The position numbers and the translations under genes were made by a program. Under the pieces are notes generated by a model. The model searched no databases. It saw only the letters and a list, made by a program, of their open reading frames with translations, and was not told where the DNA came from. DNA of 63,803 nt, filler included, from Choristocarpus tenellus KU-1152 (Eukaryota > Protista > Phaeophyceae), in NCBI GenBank assembly GCA_964200185.2. It is 10 parts of 10 records of this genome, joined end to end, with 100 filler letters (N's around TTAATTAATTAA, not from the genome) between each part and the next. Parts side by side here need not be neighbours in the genome. Positions count along the whole stretch, not along the records: positions 36,225 to 41,647 come from CAXNAD020010829.1; positions 41,748 to 45,938 come from CAXNAD020015763.1; positions 46,039 to 54,845 come from CAXNAD020004310.1; 7 more parts are not named here. One strand, 5' to 3'. The stretch's first letter is position 1; each line of letters begins with the position of its first letter. This document shows positions 40,201 to 53,145 of this stretch, one piece after another.

Positions 40201-41190
40201 CGCTGCAGTGTGCCCATGCTAGCCTCTCTGCTAAGGGGTGTTATCACGCCACTTCCGTCCACATCCCCAGCATCCGGGGACATGGAAGAACGTATCAGGG
40301 CATTAGCAAGATTTGACTCAACTCCAGACTCTTTTTCAGCCTCTGCGGCAACCTCCTCAAAGGTCTGCGGGGTGATTGTTTGCGCCAGTGGCGAACCTGG
40401 TGTCTGATCTTTGGGTTGAGTGGAGGATACCACCTCTTCCAGTGTCCCATTGGCATTATCTGTTTCACCGGAAGATCTCCCGACGTTAGCAGCTTCTTCC
40501 TCTTCTTCATCCTCGTCTTCGTCCTTAGATTCATGCTGCAACCGAATCTGACCACTACGCATGGCCAAGGTGCCAGCACTAGATGATTCAATAGAGTCGA
40601 AGACCGACTGGATAGAATTTGGGTCACTTGGAGTGACACCCGAGTCCACGCTTCCCCCTTCGTGGTGCGCCACGGCCTTGTTCTCGTCCAATTCGACCTC
40701 ATGAGTAATGCTGACCTGGCCAACAAAAAAGGAGGTGGTGAAATATTGGGCAAAGAAGTGCCTCCATCAAAACATTAGACAAATTGAAGGTATTGCTAGA
40801 TTATGCTCATGATCGAAGCCCATGAATGGTTTCTTTCAAGGTTCGGAGAGGAATTGAAGTGGTAAGGGGGGAACACACATGTATTGCGAGGCAAGAGTGA
40901 TGAGTTGTGGTCGAACAGAAAAGCACAACCCGCTGTTTCTTCAGTCAAGAATAGCTCGCAAACATTTTCAAGAGCATTGTTACAGATATTCATGTATAAG
41001 GGAGAATTCCCGACTCTCGATGATTGTGGACATACACCATACACAGGAATCTAAGGATCAACTTCCACATCAGACGAAGGGAGATAGAGACACAGCAAAC
41101 CAAGATGTTGCTCACCCTCCTTTCAGGTGGAGGTGGAGGCGCGTCATTGGCACGGCCAAACAAACTCCCAACATCTCTCTCAGAGGCCAT
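37295..41190 (-). CDS. Protein kinase (probably TKL group), 5' part (exons 41190-41116, 40715-40077, 39105-38998, 37390-37295)
   Basis: Long acidic N-terminus, then LDYLAQ|GAMCVAYTAVLDGEIVVLK...AANDLE|VEMLLLKELHHQNIVGMKGAG...RFVAL, matching kinase subdomains I-V. All introns are phase-0 GT-AG. Confidence 0.85.
37452..37491. repeat. (CCGT)n microsatellite, intronic
   Basis: Read directly. Confidence 0.95.
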
Positions 41191-41747
41191 GGTAAGAGAT
41201 ATGCCCACTCTCAAAGCCTTGTACGTCTGGTAGACCAGAGTTGTGGGATATGGAAATAGGTCCTGTGAAAATAATTTATTGTTCACCTGTGAACTCTCTC
41301 AACAAGTTTCAACAGCAAATAGCGATTTGTTCATATAGGAATTGTAAGGATATCTACGGAATATATTGATTGTGCAGTGTTTGTTGTTATTGTAGGTGTT
41401 AGATATTCTTAAGTATAATCATTTTTATATGAAGAAGTGAATCTTAGAAGAAACTCGAAGTTGATTTTGGGTGTGGGTAGATGCATATACAAGGTTTGCG
41501 ATCACGCGCAACCCTTTTGAACGCACGATCATTGTGATGCCAGAAAAATCGTCGTGGATTCAGAACCTTGTTGATTTCCTTATCTCTGTGGAAAGCATGT
41601 TTGTCTGTTATTATACCGTATTGCTCGTATACCATATACCGTTATACNNNNNNNNNNNNNNNNNNNNNNNNNNNNNNNNNNNNNNNNNNNNTTAATTAAT
41701 TAANNNNNNNNNNNNNNNNNNNNNNNNNNNNNNNNNNNNNNNNNNNN

Positions 41748-44140
41748 CCCTACAGGATATGATGGAAGCATGCTTGCTTGGCATTACCTGCTGCACCAAA
41801 CGTTCAGCCTCCCATCTACCCATCCCTGAAGAGGCCTGAACTTCTGAGCAAGCTTTGGCCTAGGCGAATGCTCAAGATTTTATCACTGGTGGTTGAGTTT
41901 GCACACCCACATGAGGATTGTTCTTTAGTGATGTTTCCAGATGCCTCTTGACCACTATTGAGGAGGAGTGAGAGTATCTTAGAGGGTACGAGTTTTGCCC
42001 TGTTTGTTCATTTGGAGCTTGGCTTCCCATGTGTTTTTTTAAAATGATATTTTACCTACTCCAAAACGTTTAGGAGTAGGTAAAATGTATACGTTATGAA
42101 AAGGTTTGTCCGTAGCAAGGATGTTGACACTTCCTAACAAACACAATAGCCAAAATTACATCAAAATCGCAACATTGGATTGTGGCCCCCAAATGGACAC
42201 AACTCTACCCTAACCCTAAGATACTTTGGCTCGATATTTAGTGCTCCAGGTGCTATAGCAGGAGTTCTATGGTGATGTGGCAGTGGAGGGTATGGTTCAT
42301 GCGCCTTTGGCTTTCCAGAGCGGAACTTTTCATGGATTTCAATTGAGATGGACCACTGTAGTCAAAGAAGGTTGTGCCATAGTCAGTGGATATCGTCGCT
42401 TGAGATGGATGCTCTGGGGTTGGGGGCTATGTTTTCTGTGATCACCTGAATGTGTCGTACTGTTCAACCCTGGCTCTTCTGTGAGTGATGTTCTAGAGTA
42501 GAGTGCAGCATCTCCTACACTGGGCCAAATTTCTAGGTAAAGTACCAATACACCATACATACAACACATCGCTGGTGAGCAAAAGTGTTGGGGAAGTTTT
42601 CTGCCTCACTGGATGGAATCCAGAGTATGACAGGAACACTTGCAGCAGGGGATTCTACCTTGCCATCTTGGGCTGCATTCAAGCGGTGCCCCAAGTGGCC
42701 AGAGCGGCCCTTGGGGGTGTGGCAACGGCTCAAGGGAAAATCATAATCTAGGGAGCATGCTACTCAATGGTGATGGGAAGACACGTGCTGGTGTGTGGTT
42801 GTCAGGCCCTTTGTGGTTACCTGATGATGACCAGACTCTGCAGAAATGCCTTGTGGTGTATGTGCATATGGGAGAAGCAGGATACCATGGCATGGCTGCA
42901 ACAATGCAGCACCTCAAGGAACTCTAATTTGGTCTCCTGTTGAGGCAGATGTGACAGATTTTGTGCTATATGAACCTTATGGATTCACAGACTGGTGAGT
43001 GCGCGTGCCCAGAGCTCATGGTGGGGTAATGGATGCCAAAGTAGCTGGGTAGGTTCTTCACTTAGATTCCTTTTGGTGAGATGAAAGAGAGGCCTCAGTA
43101 GGACTTTTGAAATTTAAGGCTTGGAGTACGTTTTGGTCATGGTGGTTACTTAAGCAGCTTGACATCGTTAGAGCCACCTACAATATCCAATGCTGAGATT
43201 GCATCGAGCCATTTACTCAAGTGGGGTACAAACCTGAGGGTACCTGAAGTGTGAGTGAGTGACATGGCATCACATGTTAGGAAGGTGATCAGGAGAATGC
43301 AATAGTTGTTGAGTGTGAACCACGACTTTCCTTGACCATCTCTCCATTAAAAAATGGTATGCTTGGGCGTTTGATGTGTGAGGTGATACAGACACGAAGG
43401 TCATGTTGCCTCAGGCATGTTGCCCCCATCTCTGACTAGGTGAGTCATGTGCCAGCAGTGCAGTGTCCCTTGAACACAGCTCATCATGAGCGCATGGGTG
43501 CTCACCCATATCAAGCAGTATTCAGTAAGACACGTCACTCCATGATCTCAAGTGTGACAAGTTCAAGTGATATCTCATGGTCTACTATGAGTATTGCCCA
43601 TGAGCAGCTTTGTGTTGTACTCGAAAAGCCAATATATGCCCAAGAGGAGTTTCATAAGGCGATGCTTAAGAGAGTGGAGAATAGCAGTTAGAAGCGGTGT
43701 GATGAAAGGAGTAAGGGTCAGGAGCCCAACTTTTGTGTTGGTGACTTCGTACTAGCTGAGGGTGTGTAAGATTAATAGCACACCAAAGCTGGTGAGCACT
43801 TAAACTGGGCTGCGCTGTGTGGTCACTATAGGGACTCCTCAAGTCTACCAGGTCCAGATTATCATTACTGAAGCAGTTGGGGAGGTACATGCATGCTGCC
43901 TGCATTTTTGAAGGAACTTTTCCAATATGTGCATATCCAGAGAAGTTAAACATGACAGTTGCTACTCTGGATGTACGTGGGGCAGGGGCTGCTTTGAAGT
44001 GTTCATAGACTGGCTTGGATTTGAAGAGGATGAAAGGTTATGGGAACCTCTACCTTCTATCCTGAAGGATGCCCCTATGTACTTGAGGAAGCTGTTATAG
44101 AAACTGAAGCTGCACACCAGAGTGTGCAAGACTATTCAAT
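41748..44140 (+). mobile_element. Decayed Ty3/gypsy pol (RNase H, integrase, chromodomain)
   Basis: LAFQSGTF.GFQLRWTTVVKEGCAIV (RNase H), LWLPDD...VYVHMGEAGYHGMAATM (integrase Zn finger), LNTAHHERMGAHPYQAVF, and FIDWLGFEEDERLWEPL (chromodomain). Many stops. Confidence 0.85.
41966..42232 (+). mobile_element. MITE family A inserted in the gypsy remnant
   Basis: Full-length copy with both TIRs. The right TIR carries a 4-nt AACC insertion. Confidence 0.92.
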
Positions 44141-44499
44141 GTCTTTATAAGATTGATATTTGAGCTGAGTCTACCGGTCTTGTGTTAAGCTTCCAGTTCT
44201 TGTTTGAGTCAACGAGGTGTGTGGTTTGTGTCTTATTGAAGTTGCACTTACTACTTTGGATTGTAGTTTGCTGGACCGTGGAGTGTTGTAGACTGAGCTT
44301 GAAGTTTTCATATATTCGTTGTAGGTGTTGGCATTGATTTGCTCTTTTAGGCTTGTCTGATCTAAAGCCACATGGGCTCACTTTTCATACATTAATCAAG
44401 CTATTGGAGCATATTCTGCAACCCACTGAAGGGAGAGTCCTTACAGCGGTAGACCGACTAAGATTACAGCGCCTACAGGGGTGTCCTCCGAGTGAAGAG

Positions 44500-45340
44500 T
44501 GGGATTTCTTAACCTGTGGTATCAGCAGCACTTTGTAGGTCACGAGCACATAGCAAGAATGTTGTGCCCACCAATATTTCTCCCAGTAAAAGAATCTCCA
44601 TGAATTAAGATGGAATATATACTCTTAAGGTAGGTGCATTCAGGCAAGATTATGGTCCTGGGGTCTTTGTAATTAGGTGATAGTGCGAACAGTTGAGATA
44701 CCGATACTATTGATAGATCCTCTGGAATATTTTTACAACTTTAGGGCATCATCCTAGACCCTTATCCTATCCTTCAAACAATTTGACGATGTATCAATGC
44801 TTTAAAAGTTGTTATTGTTCTCCAGCCGCCACTACATCCACTCTATGCTTCTCTCCCTTTGGAAGCATTAGCTACATGGCATCTCTCCCTTCTTGATCCA
44901 CACACCCTTTGTTTCTCTATGTCCCTCCCTTTCGCCGACCCTTCCCCTTAACAACTCCCCAGCTTCGTGTGGGGCTGCTAGACTGGGGACAAACAAAGGA
45001 GCTGGATAAGGCCAATAGAGGTAGAGTGGCAGGACTTGTGCTGTCCATATGTGGGCGCAAGAGTGAGGAAATTGTACACTCGTGAGTATCCCTGATATTA
45101 CGCTCAAAGAGTCAGGGTATAGGATGGCCTAGCTGGACATGCAGATGCCTACCATTCAAACAGTTGTGTAATGAGTACTTCCAAATCATTGAGCCGTTTC
45201 TATTTCTGCAAGACGATCCTTTTTGTTCAAACCAAGTTTCTGGCATGGCAGCAGCCCTATGCTTGTGCACACTAATTATGGTTGTGTCCTGTCCTGCATG
45301 TCATGGAATAGATAGTTACATAGTGTCCACATCTTGATTG
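44500..45340 (-). mobile_element. Possible non-LTR (LINE) endonuclease remnant
   Basis: AAMPETWF resembles the APE xxxQETW motif. Otherwise highly decayed. Confidence 0.3.
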
Positions 45341-48300
45341 GTTACTCCTTTTTTGAGGGATGCCTGTATCAATTCCTGATCTCTGTCTTTTCTGCATGGT
45401 ATACTCTACTGCTATAGAGTTGTTTCATGCATCTATGGGGGATGTCCGTATCTCCATGCTATGATCCATCTGTTTTTCCTTTCTTCCTATCATAGTAACT
45501 GTCCTTGTCAGTACCCATTGCCACTCCCACTGCTTAGACGTTATTTGCTTCTGTATGACAGATTCAACAACCTGGGTGTGAAGCTGAGTGACCCTGATGA
45601 TGATGATAGCATTGAGAAGCTGGCACTTGTAATGTTTGACACGAGGACCATCAAGGTTGGCTCTTCTCACCCAACGTGGCCCCCTTACTTACCTCTCCTG
45701 AGTTCGACCCTTACCAGAATTGTCTTTGAACACCTGCCACAGTGCACATGCACACTTCAATCCCCACCGCTAGATCAACGCTCAAGTCGACTTTGAGAGT
45801 TGTGCCTTGTATGTGACCATAGTGTTGATATTGAGTGGTGTGTTTTCATGTGTGTGTTGTTGAAAATACCTAGATACCAGAAGGGGGTAGATGCAAGGTC
45901 ACTTGAGGTCACTTGGGGGGCGATGGGAATGGAGGGGGNNNNNNNNNNNNNNNNNNNNNNNNNNNNNNNNNNNNNNNNNNNNTTAATTAATTAANNNNNN
46001 NNNNNNNNNNNNNNNNNNNNNNNNNNNNNNNNNNNNNNCATGCCCGGTTGGTTATTTAAGAGCCTAATGCCCTATATTGTACATTATTTTAGCCCTTACC
46101 TGCACATGATGGGGAGCACAGATTTTTTTACACAGTAGCAATTGATCATGGAAAACCAGGGTACAAAGATTTGTCCCCACTAAACAACGTGAACCACAAT
46201 ATACAACGGACTACATAGGAAATATGACATCCTATGCTTTGCTGCTGAACATTCTAGTGGATAGGATCATAGCAGGTTCAGGGGTTAGAATTAGAGCAGT
46301 CGAACGTATGGATGCCTCAGTTATCATTTTGGAGATATCACCAGCTGTCGAGCTTTAACACTGTTGCTACTCAGATAATAAATTGGGACACACCTTGTAC
46401 CCCATCCTCTTGAGTGGAAAGGGTTCCAGGAGTACTACTTCAAACAATCTGACTGCTTTCAAACAGCTCATGTGCAGTGGTCATGTCTTCAATGGAGTAT
46501 TTTGTTTTGATTTCTTTTGGTAGGATCCTACCAAAGGCAAAAGACGATTTACCTGCTTAATTAAAAAGCGCTCGGAGAGTATATTTTTCACACAGAATCT
46601 CCGCTTCTTTGCCCCTTCATTTTGTATTGCATGCTATGTACTCTGTGTGCAAAATGCAAAATATTTCTACAAGGTATCTGTAAGCACTCCAGCTGGTGAA
46701 GGTCAAGGACTCCAAAAAATTGTCTTGAATATCATTTACTCTATTTTAGAGGACTTACCGTTTCCTTACCTTAGAAGCTACAATTGCATGATTATTCTGC
46801 ATGCCACCAATGGTTGATGCTCTTTTACTTCACAGGTAAAAACATGATCGACGCATTCTTTACTTATAATCATTACTACCATTTTTTTCCATTAACCAAG
46901 ACAGCCAGACTTTGTAGTGCTATGGTATCTTCTGGAGACTGCCACTTCCTCAGCTGACAAGCTCCAACTGTAAACATCGTTCCTGAGATCAGACCAACTG
47001 GAGCATGCCATATGTCATGCACTACATTTAACGCAGCTACCTGTGCAACATCTTTTCTTGCACCTTGACTGAACAAGAAGCCACTTATATATTCACTTTT
47101 TCAAAGCCCATTTCTTACTACTGGAACAGAAACACACTTCGCTACGTCACTGTCACTCTGACCAGCTTTGGTGCCATCTCATTCCCACTACTTACCCTAT
47201 TTTTTCGTTTCTCCTACTTCAACCAATCCTGGCAAAATATAACCCTAAGTTATCATATCTCTCTCTGCCCTGTTGCTGCCACAATTCCACACCACACCAA
47301 GCAACACCTACGAAAAGAATAATCTTTCCACAAATCATACCATTCTTACTTCTTAATTGCGTCTTTTCAGTGACACTTTCCATATCAAAAAAGCCAATCA
47401 ACACTCAAATGAAAAAAGTGAAAAAAACAAACCGTATCTGACGGCTGTGAGGACCACCTCCAATCCACTCAACGTCCAACAACATTTTGAATCACAACCC
47501 ACTTCTGTCTGTGACAAAACTCTTAAGAGCATCACTCAGAAGTCAATGCCTGAACAGGGAAGTATCCTCCATCACATGCACTTGAACACTCAACTCATTT
47601 TTTGTGTACCCACTGCACTATCAGAACATATGTGCAAATTCAGTGCAGCAGCTCAAGAGACAAAGCATTGATGTATATACATACAGGACACTACGATCAT
47701 CCTGTCAAAAAATACTGAAAACAACGTTCTTGTCCAATCCCTACTACAGCTAGCATGCAAGCACAAGCACACTAACAAATTCTATTTACACCCCCTCATG
47801 ACCTCAACATGTAAAATCATACGGCAATCGCACATTCTTGCCCAACAAATGTACCATAAATCTGCCACAACCCTAAGCTTCTCAGTCCTCACAATGTTGC
47901 TCGCTGTTGTCTTGGTGCCATACCCAACCAAGCACCATCAGCAACAAAGGACATCCCCTCTCTTACATTTGACTATAATTGAACAGAATGCTTATGACGA
48001 CAAGAAACACTTTGCTCCTCAGCACCTCCAAATTCATACACCCTTTAAAAGGCTTGAGGATCAAAGAAATATCACACCTAAACACCTCCCTCCTCCACTA
48101 CTCATAAAAACAAAATATTACACCTTGCTCGATACACCTGTCACCGACGCAAATTCTGAGCTCATAACGCTTTTTTTTCTACACATTTTTTCCCTCTTTT
48201 CTGCCTGTGTGATATGTACATGGCAGTGGAATATGCACAAAGAGGACACATCCTCATGCATCATTTTCCTTACTGAATTCAATACCTTTTTCCTTCTTCC

Positions 48301-48707
48301 TATGATACTTTTTTTTCCAACAAATCAGACACTATTAACATGGAACTGAAACCAAACTATCAAATTAATCAACTTTGAAAGTTGAAAGAATTCTCCTGCC
48401 TTTCCCCCCGTAAGAAATCATGACATGGTTCCTGTCCTTTAGCCTTGATCCATACACTATCCCAAACATTTTCCTAGGGCTCGATTTCACCCTCTGTACA
48501 ATTGGGTTCACAACACAGTACCCCTCCATTACTTATCACAGCACAACAGCTTGTCACTGCGAGATTGCCAAGGCCAACCTCTCGCATATACACCCTTCTC
48601 CAAATGCACCAGGCCCACACACACCTGATGACCTAGAAGTCACAAGGGTGGATGTACGCAAAGGCACCAGGATAACACTTCCCACATACACACAGTCAAG
48701 ATTCTTG

Positions 48708-51700
48708 TCAAGAAGCCACATGTAGGTCAAGCACATCCCCATTCTTGAGGGCATAGTGGAGTGGTACCTTTTTTCCATTGACGCTGGCCCTGGTAACACC
48801 ACTTGCAGCGCTCTCTACAGACTCGGACCTGCCTACAAATCCTCCCAGCACATCAGCTGCAGTAGCTGATCTCTTGTCCAGCTCCAAGATAAGGTTTCCT
48901 GGCCCAAACACAAACACCTTACATGGTAGGTGGAAGAGACATCCAAAGTAGATTGTTTAGAATGTTAACTTCAAGTAGAAGAAGCACATCCAAACATAAC
49001 TCCCAGCTGTATTCAGGCGTTCTGATTACACTCTTCCATGTACTATATATACATCCTTACCATGTTACTATTAAAAAACACAACTATCACCTGGACTAAG
49101 AACCAAAAATTCCTGGAACGCCATAATAAAACCACAAAACCACAATGAGTATCAATTGTATCAGATACTTCTGCATTCAAAGGGTGATTCACGTGCCGTA
49201 ACACAGTCAACAAGTCTAATTTTTAACGATGTTTCAGCAGTCCTGTACCTTGCGCTGCTGAAGCTCAAGGTGAAGCCATGTAACCAGATCTCTACCGGAA
49301 GATACTGACTTTGGAACTGCCAGACGTCCGGGTCCCTGCCATCAAAAGAGAATTGCATCGACAAATCGGAGCCAAAATTAACAAAAATCATCCTTTACAG
49401 TGGCATAGACTAGGGGCGATAAAATCAACACCTTTCAAGTCTCATAAGATGCATATATACCTGACCAGGAACTCCCATTGCTTTAGGGCGACCGTATTCT
49501 ACACGATTATCCTCCATCCAGCTTAGGGAGTTGGTCTCCTCACTCTTGTAGCTCCAGTGTGATGCATGCCCATACTCTGCTTTGTGGTGCATCTCCGCAG
49601 TTCGCACCTGACATGACAAGATACAATAGACAGTGTATGTTGTGTATAATCTTTGTTTATATGGTGCAAGTAGATGGACATGAAGTGCGAGGTTGACCCT
49701 GTACAAACTAACCCTACGTGGTCAATTTTCAACTGTACCTCAGTTTTGAAACAACAAGCACAGAATCAAACACAGCCATGCGACTAATGGATGATAACTT
49801 CTCATATATTTTAGCGGCGTCCTCAGTAGAAAACGTCATCTGATCCTACCCCACATGGGGAATAGCATCCTACTTACTAAACTGAAATGTATCTGTTTTA
49901 ATGAAATGGCAGTTGCCTTGGTCTGGCATCAACAAAAAACTGCTAACGTTCTAGTTATATTTTGTTAGTCTTATTACATCAAATTAACTCTCATACCTGA
50001 AACTCGAAATGAATTGGTTCCCCCTTACTTATGGCTTCGGCCACATGAGTGCTGTGCAAGCTCTGGTATCCATTGGGTTTAGGATGTTCGATGTAGTCCT
50101 TAAATCGTCCCTGTACTGAGGGGTGCACTCTCCTCGCAATGGCCATCGCCTGATCAATACCACAAGGGAACAGGCCAGATAGTCGGATTTAAGGGTCGAG
50201 ATTAGGAACACCCTAACCCTTGGATTTAGACAAAAACTTACGCATGAATGCTACCAGTAAAAATATTACTCAACTGAAGGAACAAGGAACAGTGGTCATA
50301 GCAGTAAAGCACCAGTGAAGAAACATACACTATAATCACTCCCCAGTATAAAAAACATGAGTGCGCCACTCACCTGGTAGCAAAGGGCTTCTGATCTTGC
50401 AGTGTATGACTCTTCAGATTCTCCTGCCCATCGTGTTGCTTTTAACACCACACGGAGGGCAACTGCATCATGTACTGATTCCACTCCAGACTTCTGCTTC
50501 TCCATCTTTTTCCACATTGAGTATGGCTCCTTGATACGGTGCTGTATACGCACATCACCATCCAACTGAAATATCGAATATTTGCAGTACAGGGAAGACT
50601 CTTAGGCGCTGCCCAAGTTCTACCAAAACTATCAATGGGAAAAACTTTATGACAAGGTTGAACACAAGTATGAGATAGAAACGAGATGTAAGACAAGCTC
50701 TTGCTACAGATGCAACCACTCAAATGCATAAATATACGTTCAAGTTTACTGTACGGCATTACTTGGGTATAGTGCATTGTGATGTCTATATATTCCTAAA
50801 TATATACAGACGGTACTGTTGGAGGGGTTTTTTATGAAGGTGCCAACACAAATAATACACGAAAACAATGCAATCAAGTGGATGGATGCTGTCCATAAAA
50901 TTGTCAATAGTCAGAACTAACCCTACTCCAAACTATAGCTCTCGCCGTACCTCTATCAGTAGCTTAATATAATGCTTGAATAAAACAATCAAGTGGTTAC
51001 ACCTGACCCTACCCAATTTTCAACATCTACAACAACAAAAGTAACCATGTGTACCTGTGACATGAAGCCAACATCATCGTTGAGGGCTGTTAAAACTGTC
51101 TTCATCGTTGACTGGAGAACTTCCTGATACATCTCCATTTTCTCTTCAGTTGCCTGTTGAACCTATAAAAAAACCACATCAAAGTTTAGGTTTGAAGACA
51201 AGTGTTAAACAATATTCCACAGAAGAAATCATTACCCACTTTCTGAAGGTCATAAATCTCGAACTTATATTGTACAAAATTAAATAGATACAAAAGGGTT
51301 GGCAAAATTTAGTGTAGAACAGACTATATGAGAATGTGCAACAAGAATGAGCAATGAGAACCACGGCATCCACCTCCTTGAACTCCTTTGGGTAAAGAGC
51401 CTTGAATGCCAGGTTCTCAAGACCACTGCTGAGTTGGTGCACGCCAAGCCTGTGTGCCAATGGAGCCTCAATACTGAGCACCTCACGTGCAAGCTGAGAA
51501 CAGGTTGGATCAGGAGATAAGAAACGTAAGCAAAAAAAAATTATCTTTTACGTGAGGCAAAGACATCTTTTCTACAAATGCTACTACATAAGACTAATAT
51601 GACCGGCAAAAAAATACAATTGTATTGGGCACACACAAACAAATCCAGGTGCCAGCATGTCTACTTCCCTTTGCACCTGTCTAGCCTTGGGTCCAACACC

Positions 51701-53145
51701 ACCCCTGCTGATGGCCGCTTTCAATGCTTGCATATGTGTGGCCAAATGCAGGGTGAGCACCTGCCAGTCTCCTGCTTCAGAGAGAATCAACTTGATTACT
51801 TTGTCCACCTGTGATTTGATTTGAGTGAATAAAGAGTTACCATTGACAATTCAAAAGCGATATTTGAACACGATTATCCCCGACCTTTCAACATCAACAA
51901 ATGAACAAAAGATTGACTCAACCCATATACTTACACCCCAGGTTACCATTGAAACACAAAAACTTGTGCCAAGGTTTTTCTGGCAGATCGTCATACCTGC
52001 TCCTTAGAATCTGCCACTGCACCACCAGCCTCCTTAGCTGTCCGAAGACTCAGTGTGTTCTTGGCCCTCTCTTCCAATCGGACAACATGCTCAAAATTCT
52101 CCACGAGTTTTGCCACACGCATTCCAAAAGCCTAGGATAGGGAAATGGAAGGAAAGGATAAAGAAATGCGTCTTTCTAAATTTGAGTAAAAAACGACAGC
52201 TAAATACAAACCCCATAGACTGAACAATGACCAGCATGTACTAAATGCTGACTTGACAGTTGATCATTTACAACACAAAAGTCCACCTGCCGCCTACAGA
52301 GTTCCTCGATGAACACACCTCTTTGATATCCGCCAGGGTGATAGTTGGTCCACCAAAACCGTGGGGCTTCGCCTTGGGGCGAAACACACCAGAGATAATG
52401 GAAGCCAACAGTGCATCAGTGCCCATCTCCAGTTTGCCCAAGATGAGGCAAACGTCCACACCCGCTTTGACGTGCTCATACCAGTCATCTTTGTGAAGGC
52501 CGTTTGAGTGCGAGTAGGTGGAGACGGCTAGAGCACGCTGAATCTCTCTTGCCTCATCCATGTTCAAATAAGGAAGACCTTCTGCCAACATAACCGAGAG
52601 TTCGGCATCCCTCTCGGTGAATCTTATCTGAGAAAAATCAAGCACCTTGTTAGGTTCGATGGGCATATCTATCTTCCAGTACCAGAGACCGCACGTGACA
52701 AAAGAAATCGGGAAAGACACAAGACCCATTGTAGCGAGGACGATTAAACGTTGCCAAGACAACCCTACTCGTTGTTTTGCGCGTTTTTTTATGATGGAAT
52801 ACTTTCACCCCGCCTCACCTTCTCCCACACAGTTGGTCCCCGTTTCGATCCCCTCTTCAACTTCTTCAGACTGGAGCCAAGGTGCGCCATCTTCGCTTTA
52901 ACAATGTAAGTCGATCCCAATGAAGTTGGACTCCCCTCACACGAACGTCCACCCGTTTGCGAAGAACCAACCCTCCCAGGGGAAGATGTACGCACTCGTT
53001 GTACGGAAGAACGTAATCCATCCCGTTCGATTATGCCCACAGAAAGAGGTATTCCTGGGGACGGTGTAAGCTTGAAACCGTCGACTCTAACTGGAGAGGA
53101 AATAACCGCAAGACCCAGCAGAGCCCCAAAAGCCTCCTTCATCAT
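48708..53145 (-). CDS. RSH: Plastid-targeted RelA/SpoT homologue ((p)ppGpp synthetase), 639 aa, 11 exons: 53145-52819, 52627-52319, 52131-51997, 51808-51677, 51493-51374, 51162-51055, 50565-50374, 50149-49997, 49607-49461, 49335-49249, 48917-48708
   Basis: Signal peptide ...SSPVRVDG|FKLTP. Synthetase motifs APLAHRLG, RIKEPYSMWKKM, VHDAVALRVV, RFKDYIEHPKPNGYQSLH and FEFQVRTAEMHHKAEYGHASHWSYK. C-terminal TGS (ASVNGKKVPLHYALKNGDVL). All introns GT-AG. Confidence 0.95.

Noticed and set aside
46800-48350. LINE remnant or 183-aa ORF 47798..48349
   Set aside because: Composition is suggestive of a decayed LINE, but no diagnostic RT motif could be read.
5539-53145. Plastid redox/stress gene cluster (ferredoxin, cyclophilin, RSH)
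   Set aside because: The genes lie on different contigs separated by artificial spacers.
48708-53145. Bacterial contamination or recent horizontal transfer of relA/spoT
   Set aside because: Ten spliceosomal introns and a plastid presequence show a resident nuclear gene.
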